From Planctomycetota bacterium (GTDB taxonomy: Bacteria; Planctomycetota; SZUA-567; H5-PLA8): a stretch of 64,000 bases of DNA. Location of the stretch: assembly GCA_038227875.1 (NCBI GenBank), contig JBBRPR010000009.1, positions 128,001-192,000 on the forward strand. Direction: 5' to 3'. Shown here piece after piece: positions 18,701 through 27,246 of this stretch; position 1 is the first letter of the stretch, and each line of letters starts with the position of its first letter. The notes beneath the pieces were generated by a model. It was not told where the DNA came from. It made no database searches and worked only from the letters and a program-made list of their open reading frames with translations. Made by a program: the position numbers and the translations under genes.

Positions 18701-19369
18701 TTAGCCGCTCACGTCCGCGTTGGGCGGCTCGGTTTTCCAGAGCTCCACGCTGACGCCCTCGGGGCTGGGCGTAAAGCGGTAGATCTTGTCGGCGTACTTT
18801 TCGAAGACCGTGTGTTCGTGATGGCTGATCATGATCACCTGGAAGCCCAGCTCGCGTCCGGCGCGGTGGACGATGTTCACCAGGCGCGGGACGAGGTCCG
18901 GGCGCAGCCAGCAGTCCTGTTCGTCGAGCACCAGAAACGGGCGGTGTGTTTTGGGATCCAGCGTCGCCAGCGCGTACATGCGCAGACCGACGGAAAGCAC
19001 ATTGGCGACCGAACCGCCCTGGCCGCGGATGATGTCCTCCTCGCAACCGTCGCGGACGACGGTGAACTCAATCGCAGCAGCTTTATTCTTGATCGTCTGC
19101 GTGACTTTCACCGCGATGGGCTGGTCGAGGACTTCGACCAGCGCCTGCGTCAGATTGCGTTCCAGCAATTGGCTGATGTGCTGAAAGAGCTCGCTGCTGA
19201 GTTGCTCCAGCGCTTCGCTGACCTGCGTCGACATCGCCAGGTACGCGCTGACGCGTTCGAACTCGGCGCTGATGCGCGTTTTCTGCGCGGCGCTGGTTTC
19301 GTGCAGCACGGTGAGGCGATCGAGCCGGCGCGCAAGCGCTGCGGGTGAGCGCAGATCGGGCGGCGGCAT
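18701..19369 (-). CDS. C-terminal half of a split Rad50/SbcC-like ABC ATPase (signature, Walker B, H-loop; no Walker A)
   Basis: N-terminal coiled coil, then GQGGS (signature variant), FLVLDEQD (Walker B), FQVIMISHH (H-loop), YADKIY; ATG overlaps the upstream stop (TGATG). Confidence 0.8.
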   Translation of the reverse strand: MPPPDLRSPAALARRLDRLTVLHETSAAQKTRISAEFERVSAYLAMSTQVSEALEQLSSELFQHISQLLERNLTQALVEVLDQPIAVKVTQTIKNKAAAIEFTVVRDGCEEDIIRGQGGSVANVLSVGLRMYALATLDPKTHRPFLVLDEQDCWLRPDLVPRLVNIVHRAGRELGFQVIMISHHEHTVFEKYADKIYRFTPSPEGVSVELWKTEPPNADVSG

Positions 19370-19704
19370 CAGGCGCGGCGTCCTTCAGCAGGGATGCTGC
19401 CGCCGTGCGCGGCGCGGTGGGATTCTTCGACGCTGGCCAGTTGCGTCTCGATCCCGTCGAGGTGCTTCTGATAGTCGGCGCGCAGGCGCTCGTTGTTGGC
19501 GATCATGTCTTTGAGCTTCTTCTGCAGCTCGGCGAGATCGTCGGTCTGGTATTCGTCGCGCGCTTTCTTGCGCAGCTTTTCGAGAGCTTCCTCGGCGGAC
19601 TTGCGGTTGGTCTCCGCGGCGATGCGCTTTTCGTTCAGCGCTTCGAAGCGCTTGCGCAACTGCTCGATATTTTCCTGCGCCGCGTCACTTTTCAACTTTG
19701 CCAT
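19369..19704 (-). CDS. Small coiled-coil protein of the split SbcCD-like operon
   Basis: 111 aa, heptad-rich (IEQLRKRFEAL...LAELQKKL); perfect SD AAGGAGGT; overlaps both neighbours. Confidence 0.8.
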   Translation of the reverse strand: MAKLKSDAAQENIEQLRKRFEALNEKRIAAETNRKSAEEALEKLRKKARDEYQTDDLAELQKKLKDMIANNERLRADYQKHLDGIETQLASVEESHRAAHGGSIPAEGRRA

Positions 19705-20653
19705 CGGGCACGACCTCCTTCGCCAGCTCCAGAATTTCTTCCTGCACCGCCGCGGGGTAACGGTCGATGTTCTTCTTTAAAAACGAGGTCAAGCCGCCGC
19801 CGCCCTGCGTGCGCAGCGTCCGCAGCTCGTTCAAGCCGGAGACGAAGAGCGAACGTTCGGTGTCGGCCGCCGCGGTCTTGGCGGCGCCAGCGTGAAACAC
19901 CTTGGCAAATTTTTCGTGCGGCACTTCGACGATCTCGCTGCGCCAGCCGTGCGTGTCGATGTCGACGCGGAGCACCGCGGGGACGCGCTCCTTGTTGCCG
20001 TCGCTGAATTTCACGCGCGCGATGTTGCCGGGATTCATCCACGTGGTCACGCCCTGTACCACCGCGGGCGCGGGCGTGTGGATGTGGCCGTTGACCAGCA
20101 GCGTGACGCCAGGAATCTCCGTCGCGTTGAAGCGCCCGCTCGATTCGTAGCCGGCGAAGCGGATGTCGTGGTGCGCCATCCAGAAAACCAGCGGCCGATC
20201 CTGGACCAGGAATTCTTCGGGCATCTCGAACGCCTCGGGAATGCGCTGCCCCCAGGAGGTGCCGCCGATGATCACCAGCCGCGACCCCATCCAGCCGCGC
20301 CACGGACGGTCGAAGTCGACGATGCGCAGCCGTCGCGCGCGAACCACGATCTGCAGCGTGTCGTCGTCGCTGAGTTCATTGGTGGCGCAGTCGTGATTGC
20401 CGTAGATGCAGAGGACCTCGCCGTCGAGTATCGCCATCAGTTCGGCCAGCAGCCAGTTGGCATTGTCGCGCGGCCAGTGGAAGACGTCGCCGAGGATCGC
20501 GGGGATCAGCTTGTTCTCCTTGGCGTACTTCAGGCACCACTGCAGCTTCTTCAAAATTGCGCGCGGATAGTCGTCGGAACGGAATCCCGGCACGCGGCTG
20601 GCGAGATGCGGGTCGCCGATGAAGAGGATGCCTTTGTAGATTTCATTTGGCAT
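19685..20653 (-). CDS. Mre11/SbcD-like metallophosphoesterase nuclease
   Basis: Five phosphoesterase motifs GDPH, GDVFH, GNHD, AHHD, GHIH, plus NPGN and a C-terminal helical tail. Confidence 0.9.
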   Translation of the reverse strand: MPNEIYKGILFIGDPHLASRVPGFRSDDYPRAILKKLQWCLKYAKENKLIPAILGDVFHWPRDNANWLLAELMAILDGEVLCIYGNHDCATNELSDDDTLQIVVRARRLRIVDFDRPWRGWMGSRLVIIGGTSWGQRIPEAFEMPEEFLVQDRPLVFWMAHHDIRFAGYESSGRFNATEIPGVTLLVNGHIHTPAPAVVQGVTTWMNPGNIARVKFSDGNKERVPAVLRVDIDTHGWRSEIVEVPHEKFAKVFHAGAAKTAAADTERSLFVSGLNELRTLRTQGGGGLTSFLKKNIDRYPAAVQEEILELAKEVVPDGKVEK

Positions 20654-21992
20654 GGGTGTGCTCCCGCCGCGAGAGCAGCGACTCAGCGTCCACCGCGCCG
20701 CCGCAGGTCGGGCACGTCGGATTGCTCGACGCCCACGCGCGGATTTCGTTCATCACGCCTTGGCGCTCGGCCTCGAGATCCTTCGCTTCCTGAGCCGCGT
20801 CCCTGGCGCGGGCTTCCAACTGCGCGCGGCTCTCGAGCAGCTCAACCAGCGCGCGAGTTTCCTGCTCGGCTGGCAAGACGCGGAGCACTTTCAACACATC
20901 GCGGGCCTGGACATGAGCCGCGAAACGGCGCTGCGCGGCCTCGAGTTCCTCGGTCAGGTGCGCGAGCTTCGCCGCATCGCCGAATTCCGGCGGCTCGTCG
21001 AGAATGGAAAGCTGTTCCGCGCGCCCCGCGTTGACGGCGTGCGCGCGTTCCTGCTCCTCCAGATGCTGGCAGAGCCACGCCAGAGCCGCGGCATCGCCGA
21101 GCCGCGGCGGCGGGGTGATCGCGCGCAACGCCTGCGACTGCGCCGTCCATGTGTCGCGCGCGTCGTGGTAATGCGCGAGGGATTCCAGCACCACCGTCAG
21201 TGCGCCGGTATCCGGCAGAGGGGGCGGGGGAGTCAGCGCGCGGATCAGCTCGACGGCAGACTGGCAGCGGCCATGGATTTCCGACTGTGTCTCCAGGTGT
21301 TCGACCAACTGCCTCAACTTTTCCGTCTCGCGTTCAGCGGAGACGATCGTCTCGTAAGCGCGCTCGGCCTCCGCGATCGATTTGTTCAGCTCCGCGACCG
21401 GATCGAGCGCCGCGAGCAGCGCGTCGGCGGCATGGAGCTCCCGTTCCAGGCGCGTCTTTTCGCGGGAGGCTTCCATGACCTTGGTGCGGTGGCGCTTCTG
21501 CATTTCGACCAGCAGCGCCGCGTCGGAGGCCGACGCGAAAAACAGCGCCGCGCGGCTGGGCGGTTCATCGAGCAGAAAGATCGGCGCTTTCTGCGTCGCG
21601 AAGTGGATGTCGAAGGCTTCGCGGCGTTCGGCGGCGTCCGGCGCGTCGGTGGGGATGACCTTGGGCAGGCGCAGCACGTCCTGGATCTGCTCCAGGATGT
21701 CCTTTTTGACCCGATGGACGGGTTCGCCGTCGAGTACGTAGCCCGGCACGCCTTTTTTCCGGAACCATTCGATGGTGTGGCCGTCGTCGGTTTCGACGAT
21801 GACCTGGCAGTCCTTCTCGTTGTGGCGGACCATGTAGCTGCCCTTTTCGTTGCCGCAAAGGGTTTGGAGCGCGCTGACGACCGCCGATTTGCCGCAGTTA
21901 TTGGGGCCGATCAAGACGGTGAGGCCCGCCGCCGGTTCGATAACGGTGAGCGCGTGGGACATGTAATTTTTAAGCGTGATTTTTTTCAGCAT
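20643..21992 (-). CDS. N-terminal half of a split Rad50/SbcC-like ABC ATPase (Walker A, Q-loop, repeat arm, zinc hook)
   Basis: MLKKITLKNYMSH, GLTVLIGPNNCGKS (Walker A), FATQKAPIFLL (Q-loop), coiled coil with 39-aa repeats, CPTCGG at aa 427; no Walker B or signature. Confidence 0.85.
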   Translation of the reverse strand: MLKKITLKNYMSHALTVIEPAAGLTVLIGPNNCGKSAVVSALQTLCGNEKGSYMVRHNEKDCQVIVETDDGHTIEWFRKKGVPGYVLDGEPVHRVKKDILEQIQDVLRLPKVIPTDAPDAAERREAFDIHFATQKAPIFLLDEPPSRAALFFASASDAALLVEMQKRHRTKVMEASREKTRLERELHAADALLAALDPVAELNKSIAEAERAYETIVSAERETEKLRQLVEHLETQSEIHGRCQSAVELIRALTPPPPLPDTGALTVVLESLAHYHDARDTWTAQSQALRAITPPPRLGDAAALAWLCQHLEEQERAHAVNAGRAEQLSILDEPPEFGDAAKLAHLTEELEAAQRRFAAHVQARDVLKVLRVLPAEQETRALVELLESRAQLEARARDAAQEAKDLEAERQGVMNEIRAWASSNPTCPTCGGAVDAESLLSRREHTHAK

Positions 21993-22038
21993 GACCGCGT
22001 TGAACTATAACGCGTTTCGCGGAGCCGTACAGCGGCGG

Positions 22039-23559
22039 CTATCCCGTCGACCGCCGTCTCATGAATTTTCGAGCGGTGAGAATCAGAACGATCGCGAGGA
22101 CCACGACTGCCGCCGTGGGATAGAAGTGCAGGTTCATACCGGGCGTGGTCGTGATCGTGAGCGTTCCATTGGACAGGGTCGTAGTCGAGACACGCGCGGC
22201 GGATGGCGACATCAACAACCAGGCGAAGCCCAATCCCACGGGCACCAGCGCGAGTGGCAACGCGAGCACAAATGCCGCAATCGCCAGTGGCGAGTAGCCG
22301 CCCCGCGCAGTCTTTGCGTCGCGCCAGGTCACGGCCGGCGCGGTGGCCTGCGCCAGCGTTGATTCGGGCGCGGGCTCGAAGACCCGCACGCCGTTGGGAC
22401 CCACCTCAATGCGGCGGCCGTTCTTCAACTGAAAACACGCCGCCAATCGCGATACGCGTTCACGTTCGGGCGAAGCTTCCGGAGCCGCGGTGATCGATGG
22501 CGTGGCGCTCGGAACTTTGCTCGGAAACGGAATCGCGGGCGCGGCAGCAGGTTGGGCAGCGGGCGCGGCCACAGCTTCGTGCTTTGACGAATACGTCGAC
22601 GCGATGCCCTCCACGTCCTTCGACAGCATCCGCGCGCGCTGGTAGCGCATGTCGGGTTCCTTCTCGAGCGATTTAAGGATGACTTCGTCGAGGCGCACGT
22701 CGACTTCGACCCGCTTCGACGGCACCTGAAAACGCCCGATCGGCAGTTCGCCGGTGAGCATTTCGTAGAAGATCACGCCCAGCGAGAAAATATCGGCGCG
22801 GTGATCGACGGTCTTGGCGCGTTCGCGCTGTTCGGGCGCCATGTATTCCGGTGTGCCCATCAGCACGTGGGTGTGAGTCAGACGTTGTTCGGGCAGCGAC
22901 ATCTCGCCGTGGATCATCCGCGCGAGACCGAAGTCGGTGATCTTCACGTGTCCGTCGGTGGTGAGCAGAATGTTTTCCGGCTTGATGTCGCGGTGGACCA
23001 GGCCTTTGCCGTGCGCGTATTCCAGCGCGGCGCAGATCTGCGGCACGATTGCCAGCGCCTGTTCGGGCTTGAGCTTGCCGTCCAGCTGCAGGCGGCGCAG
23101 GCTGACGCCTTCGACGTATTCCATTACCAGGTAGAATGTGTCGCCGGAGATGCCGCGGTCGATGATTTGAACGATATTATGGTGGTTGAGCGTCGCCAGC
23201 GCGAGGGCTTCGCGTTCGAAGCGCGTGCGGAATTTGGAGTCGGCGGCCAGGCGCTTGGGCAGTACTTTAACCGCGACTTTCCGCTCGAGCGATTTCTGGA
23301 CGCCCAGGTAGACGACGCCCATCCCGCCGCGCCCGATTTCCGATTCAATCAGGTAGCCGCCCAGGTCCGCGCCGCGCGCCAACCCCGGCGCTTCGTTGTT
23401 CTCGACCGGGGCTTCGCCCGATTGCGAGACCGGTTGCGGCACCGTTTCAACGCGCGCGGGTTCAAACTGCCTGGCACAGGCATGGCACGTCAGCACCCCT
23501 TCCGATGCCGGATTGCCGGCACCACAGTGAGGACAATGGAAGGTGTTTGCGTCGCTCAT
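22039..23559 (-). CDS. Hanks-type Ser/Thr protein kinase with N-terminal zinc ribbon and C-terminal TM segments
   Basis: CPHC..CHAC; IGRGGMGVVY, VAVK, HRDIKPEN, DFGLA, GTPEYMAPE; C-terminal GGYSPLAIAAFVLAL and further hydrophobic helices. Confidence 0.93.
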   Translation of the reverse strand: MSDANTFHCPHCGAGNPASEGVLTCHACARQFEPARVETVPQPVSQSGEAPVENNEAPGLARGADLGGYLIESEIGRGGMGVVYLGVQKSLERKVAVKVLPKRLAADSKFRTRFEREALALATLNHHNIVQIIDRGISGDTFYLVMEYVEGVSLRRLQLDGKLKPEQALAIVPQICAALEYAHGKGLVHRDIKPENILLTTDGHVKITDFGLARMIHGEMSLPEQRLTHTHVLMGTPEYMAPEQRERAKTVDHRADIFSLGVIFYEMLTGELPIGRFQVPSKRVEVDVRLDEVILKSLEKEPDMRYQRARMLSKDVEGIASTYSSKHEAVAAPAAQPAAAPAIPFPSKVPSATPSITAAPEASPERERVSRLAACFQLKNGRRIEVGPNGVRVFEPAPESTLAQATAPAVTWRDAKTARGGYSPLAIAAFVLALPLALVPVGLGFAWLLMSPSAARVSTTTLSNGTLTITTTPGMNLHFYPTAAVVVLAIVLILTARKFMRRRSTG

Positions 23560-23613
23560 GAAAAACCTGTTCTCGGTGTTGCGCGGAACTCACCCACTTC
23601 GATTCAGTACATC

Positions 23614-24249
23614 TTAATCGTCGAGCCCCTGTTCGCCTACTGATCCGCTGGTCTTCTTCGGCGCAGGATTGGAGTTGGTAGAGGCATTCGTCTTGGGCGG
23701 ATCCGGTCTCTCCACGGCGCCGAACTCGTCGGGGTTCTGTTCCCCAACCGAACCGGTCGTGGCCGAGCGCTGCGTGTTGGCTGGAGTCCGCGCACCGTTC
23801 GAGGGCGGCGGGGGGATTACAGGCGGAGCGGTGACGCTGATTATGCCTCCATTAGCACCGTTCCCACCCGAGGCGTTCATGCCGCCAGTGCCACCCGGTC
23901 CCGATAGTGTAATTATTGAAGGCGCTGCGGGCGGGGTACTCGGCGTCACCGTCATGTATACAGCCGGCGGGGAAATCGTGCTCGTTCCGTACGTTGCGCT
24001 CGAACCGCTTCTGCCGCCTGCCAGAAAGCCGAAGAACAGGAGTATCGGCACGATCAGGAGACTCATCGAGCCCAGCAGAATGGCCAGCAGCGCCAGACCG
24101 CGTCCCCGTACCGCGCCGCCGGAACGGTCGATCTGCCGCAGCGCCATCACGCCGAGAACGATGGGCAGGATGCAGAAAATAAAGATGGCCAATCCGACTC
24201 CACCGATGGCCAAAAAAGCGCCGGGAAACATGGAATTCGTGGGACTCAT
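23614..24249 (-). CDS. DUF4190-like membrane protein with Pro/Gly-rich tail
   Basis: IVLGVMALRQIDRSGGAVRGRGLALLAILLG motif; SD GGAGG. Confidence 0.75.
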   Translation of the reverse strand: MSPTNSMFPGAFLAIGGVGLAIFIFCILPIVLGVMALRQIDRSGGAVRGRGLALLAILLGSMSLLIVPILLFFGFLAGGRSGSSATYGTSTISPPAVYMTVTPSTPPAAPSIITLSGPGGTGGMNASGGNGANGGIISVTAPPVIPPPPSNGARTPANTQRSATTGSVGEQNPDEFGAVERPDPPKTNASTNSNPAPKKTSGSVGEQGLDD

Positions 24250-24270
24250 TTTTCCTCCAGACCTTAAACG

Positions 24271-24657
24271 CTACGCCGTTTCCGTCACCGGTTCAATCGG
24301 GATGATGATCCAGGCGAGCACATAAAAGAACACGCTGATGCAGGTCAAAATCGCAACCACCGTAATGATGCGCACGAGCGCCGCATCGATGCCGGCATAG
24401 CGCGCGAATCCGCCGCAGACGCCGCCCAGCACACTGTCGTTTCGCGAGCGGTACAAGCGCTGTTGTTGTGCGAGCGCGCGCTGAGGTGGCTCGAACCGCG
24501 TGGGCGCCGCCGGATACGCGGCGGGTATCGCATCGGCCAGGCACGTCTTGCAGTGGTGCTTGCCGGCCACCGTCACGTCGCATTCCGCACAGACCAGGTT
24601 GCCGCATGAAACGCAACCCGCCACCGCCTCACGGTCATCATGAATCTTGCAGTTCAA
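24271..24657 (-). CDS. B-box zinc finger plus PspC domain protein
   Basis: C..H...EAV..C..CG..VC.EC......HHC..C (B-box), then LYRSRNDSVLGGVCGGFARY.GID..LVR...YVLAWIIIP (PspC); TTG start after GAGGGG. Confidence 0.85.
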   Translation of the reverse strand: MNCKIHDDREAVAGCVSCGNLVCAECDVTVAGKHHCKTCLADAIPAAYPAAPTRFEPPQRALAQQQRLYRSRNDSVLGGVCGGFARYAGIDAALVRIITVVAILTCISVFFYVLAWIIIPIEPVTETA

Positions 24658-24681
24658 CGCCACACCCCTCCGGCACTTCAC

Positions 24682-25170
24682 TCAATTGCAGATCCAGAAA
24701 ATCGCCGCGACCAACAGCGTCCAGAACATCGCGGCCCCATAATCGGTGATGCCGAAAAGGCCCAGCACACCACCCCTCTCTTTGATGTCCGCTCGCGGTA
24801 CGACCATGACCGCCATCAAGGCTCCGACGAGGTAGATCCCGAACCCCGAGCCCAGAGCACACAGAATCGCGAAGAAGATGCCCTCCAGATCATGGTGCCG
24901 GTGGGAGATCTGGCCTCCAACAAAGCCCATCATTCCACCGACGACGACCGCAAAGGTGATCAGTCCGAAATTGAAGCCTCGCGCAGCGCGCGTTTCGCGA
25001 TTCGCGGTCGCGGTTACCGCCAGTTGCGCCGGCACGGCTTCGGCCTCGGCCAGACACTTCTTACAGACGTGATGATCGGCCAGTTGCACGTCGCAGGCCT
25101 CGCAGATCAGATTTCCGCAGGACGCGCAGTGCAATTCCGCTTGCCGGTCCGCGTGCAGGTAGCAGTTCAT
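24682..25170 (-). CDS. B-box zinc finger membrane protein
   Basis: MNCYLHADRQAELHCASCGNLICEAC...VCKKC followed by three hydrophobic helices. Confidence 0.8.
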   Translation of the reverse strand: MNCYLHADRQAELHCASCGNLICEACDVQLADHHVCKKCLAEAEAVPAQLAVTATANRETRAARGFNFGLITFAVVVGGMMGFVGGQISHRHHDLEGIFFAILCALGSGFGIYLVGALMAVMVVPRADIKERGGVLGLFGITDYGAAMFWTLLVAAIFWICN

Positions 25171-25461
25171 CGTTGAAATCCCAAGTTCGTATCGACCTCT
25201 ACAATAGACCACGATTGCAAGGCGAATGCCATCAGAAAGTATTCGCTTGGCGCCGTCGCATCTATCGCTCCGGCCATGGTTTGCGGGATTGAATCAGCCG
25301 GAGTGATAGGACGGTGAAACGCGGCCGATTAAAGATTCTTTCCGCGTGAGGTATTAAGAATCTTTAGCCCCCACGCATCAGACCCCCAGGCCCCGAGTTC
25401 TGGGGTCGACGGGAATACGTTCACTCTTGCACCGCCACGCAATCGCGCGAAGATAGGACGC

Positions 25462-26388
25462 GTGAAAACGTCGGTCGTGATTCCCACCTTTAATGGCGGC
25501 GCGGAGATCGGTCCGCTGCTGGCCGCGCTGCGCGCGCAGCAGCCCAGGCCCCCGGACGAAATTCTCGCCATCGATTCCGGCTCGCGCGACAACACTTGCG
25601 AACTGGTCCGCAACGCCGGTGGCCGCGTGATTGAATGGAAAGAGCGCTTCAACCACGGCCTGACGCGCGACGCCGGCATCGCCGCGTCCACCGGCGAGAT
25701 CGTGCTGCTGACGGTTCAAGACGCCGTTCCGCTCAATACCGATTGGCTGGCTCGGATCGTGGCTCATTTTGAGGACGCGAAAGTCGGCGGCGTCAGTTCG
25801 CGCCAGATCCCGCCCGCCGATGGCCCGCTGGAATTGCAGATCAAGGCGAAGCTGGAAGCCGAAGCGATGCCACACCCGGTGCGCCTGAGCTTGAGTGAGC
25901 ATCCCAACTACGCCACGTACACGCCTGCGCAGCGATTGGAACTCTACCGCTTCGACGACGTCTGTTCGGCGCTCCGCCGTTCGGCGTGGGAGAAAATTCC
26001 CTTCGGCCCGTGCCGCTACGCCGAGGATCTGCTCTGGGTGCGTCGTGCGCTGGAGGCCGGCTACACGATTGTGCGCGATCCGCACGCGCCGGTGATTCAC
26101 GCGCACCGCCGGCGCTTCTGGTACGAGCTCCGCCGCGCGCTGCTCGACGCATGGGTGCTCGACGAGGCCTTCGGCTACCGCTACCGCCTCCGCGACAAAC
26201 TCAACCGAGTCACACGCATCGCCGGGTCGAGCGACGGACCGCGGCCGACGTTCGGTTCACGGCTCGGTGCAATGAAAACGTATTCGGCGCACGTCCTCGG
26301 CCGGACGCTTTACAGCACGTACCGCGCGGTCGGTCGTCCGCTGGGGGTGGGGCAGGGGGCGATGGATTGGATGACGCGCGGGATCTGA
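25462..26388 (+). CDS. Glycosyltransferase family 2 (rhamnosyltransferase-like)
   Basis: SVVIPTFNG, IDSGSRD, FNHGLTR, TVQDA, AEDLLW, VIHAH. Confidence 0.88.
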   Translation: MKTSVVIPTFNGGAEIGPLLAALRAQQPRPPDEILAIDSGSRDNTCELVRNAGGRVIEWKERFNHGLTRDAGIAASTGEIVLLTVQDAVPLNTDWLARIVAHFEDAKVGGVSSRQIPPADGPLELQIKAKLEAEAMPHPVRLSLSEHPNYATYTPAQRLELYRFDDVCSALRRSAWEKIPFGPCRYAEDLLWVRRALEAGYTIVRDPHAPVIHAHRRRFWYELRRALLDAWVLDEAFGYRYRLRDKLNRVTRIAGSSDGPRPTFGSRLGAMKTYSAHVLGRTLYSTYRAVGRPLGVGQGAMDWMTRGI

Positions 26389-26499
26389 ACGGAGACATCT
26401 CATTTTGTGATGGTGCCACTGATGCGCGGGCTCTTGAGCGTAGCGAAAGAGTCCGTTCATCCGTGCTAGACGCATTGAACTAGCGGTTCGCTGAAGTGA

Positions 26500-26525
26500 A
26501 CCCTGGCGCAAATTTGCGCCAGGGT
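26500..26525. repeat. Perfect 26-bp palindrome (REP-like)
   Basis: ACCCTGGCGCAAA|TTTGCGCCAGGGT; related CAGGCAAATTTGCCTG at 26605-26620. Confidence 0.75.
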
Positions 26526-26640
26526 ACAGACTGTTCAAGTTTCGGCACTCTCGTGCCAGCTGTCACGAGGATCATTTTGACCCGCAAGTGATACACCAGT
26601 ACTACAGGCAAATTTGCCTGAGGGTTATCAGGAGCCAACG

Positions 26641-27123
26641 ATGTTCACACTCAAACCCGCGCTCGAATCCGATATCCCGCTGCTGCTCAACTTCATCCGC
26701 GAACTGGCGGAGTTCGAGAAACGCGCGCACGAAGTCGTCGCGACGGAAGCGTTGCTGCGCGAGAATTTCTTCGGCGCGAAAAAATGCGCGGACGCGGTGA
26801 TCGGATATCTCGACGGCCAGCCCGTGGCGATGGGCGTGTACTTCTTTACAATCTCGACGTTTCTCGGGCGGCCGGGGCTTTACGTGGAAGACGTTTACGT
26901 CCGTCCGGAATGCCGCAGCAAAGGACTGGGCAAGGCGATCTTCGAACATCTCGCGCGCGTGGCGGTCGAGCGCGGATGCGGGCGCATGGAATGGTCGGTG
27001 CTCGACTGGAATCAGAAGGCGATCGACTTCTACGACCGCCTCGGCGGCGTGCGGATTGACGAGTGGAAGAAGTACCGCCTGAGCGGCGCGGCGCTAGTGA
27101 AATTAGGCGCTTCGAAAAGTTAA
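26641..27123 (+). CDS. GNAT family N-acetyltransferase (diamine/spermidine acetyltransferase-like)
   Basis: IRELAEFEK, STFLGRPGLYVEDVYV, RSKGLG, RMEWSVLDWN..AIDFY; ATG after SD AGGAG. Confidence 0.9.
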   Translation: MFTLKPALESDIPLLLNFIRELAEFEKRAHEVVATEALLRENFFGAKKCADAVIGYLDGQPVAMGVYFFTISTFLGRPGLYVEDVYVRPECRSKGLGKAIFEHLARVAVERGCGRMEWSVLDWNQKAIDFYDRLGGVRIDEWKKYRLSGAALVKLGASKS

Positions 27124-27246
27124 ATTTAAGAGTGAAAAACAGTGCTTTTATTGCCCTGCTTTGAGTGGCGCGGCGTGGCTATTTCTCGTAGAATTTCAGC
27201 ACCAAATTGGACGTGAAGATTCGTTACGGAGAGCACCCGAAAAACC

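Noticed and set aside
18701..21992. Interpretation as a broken sbcC pseudogene
   Set aside because: An intact nuclease gene and a coiled-coil gene lie between the halves, every junction overlaps and has an SD, and the key motifs are intact. This looks like evolved organisation, not decay.
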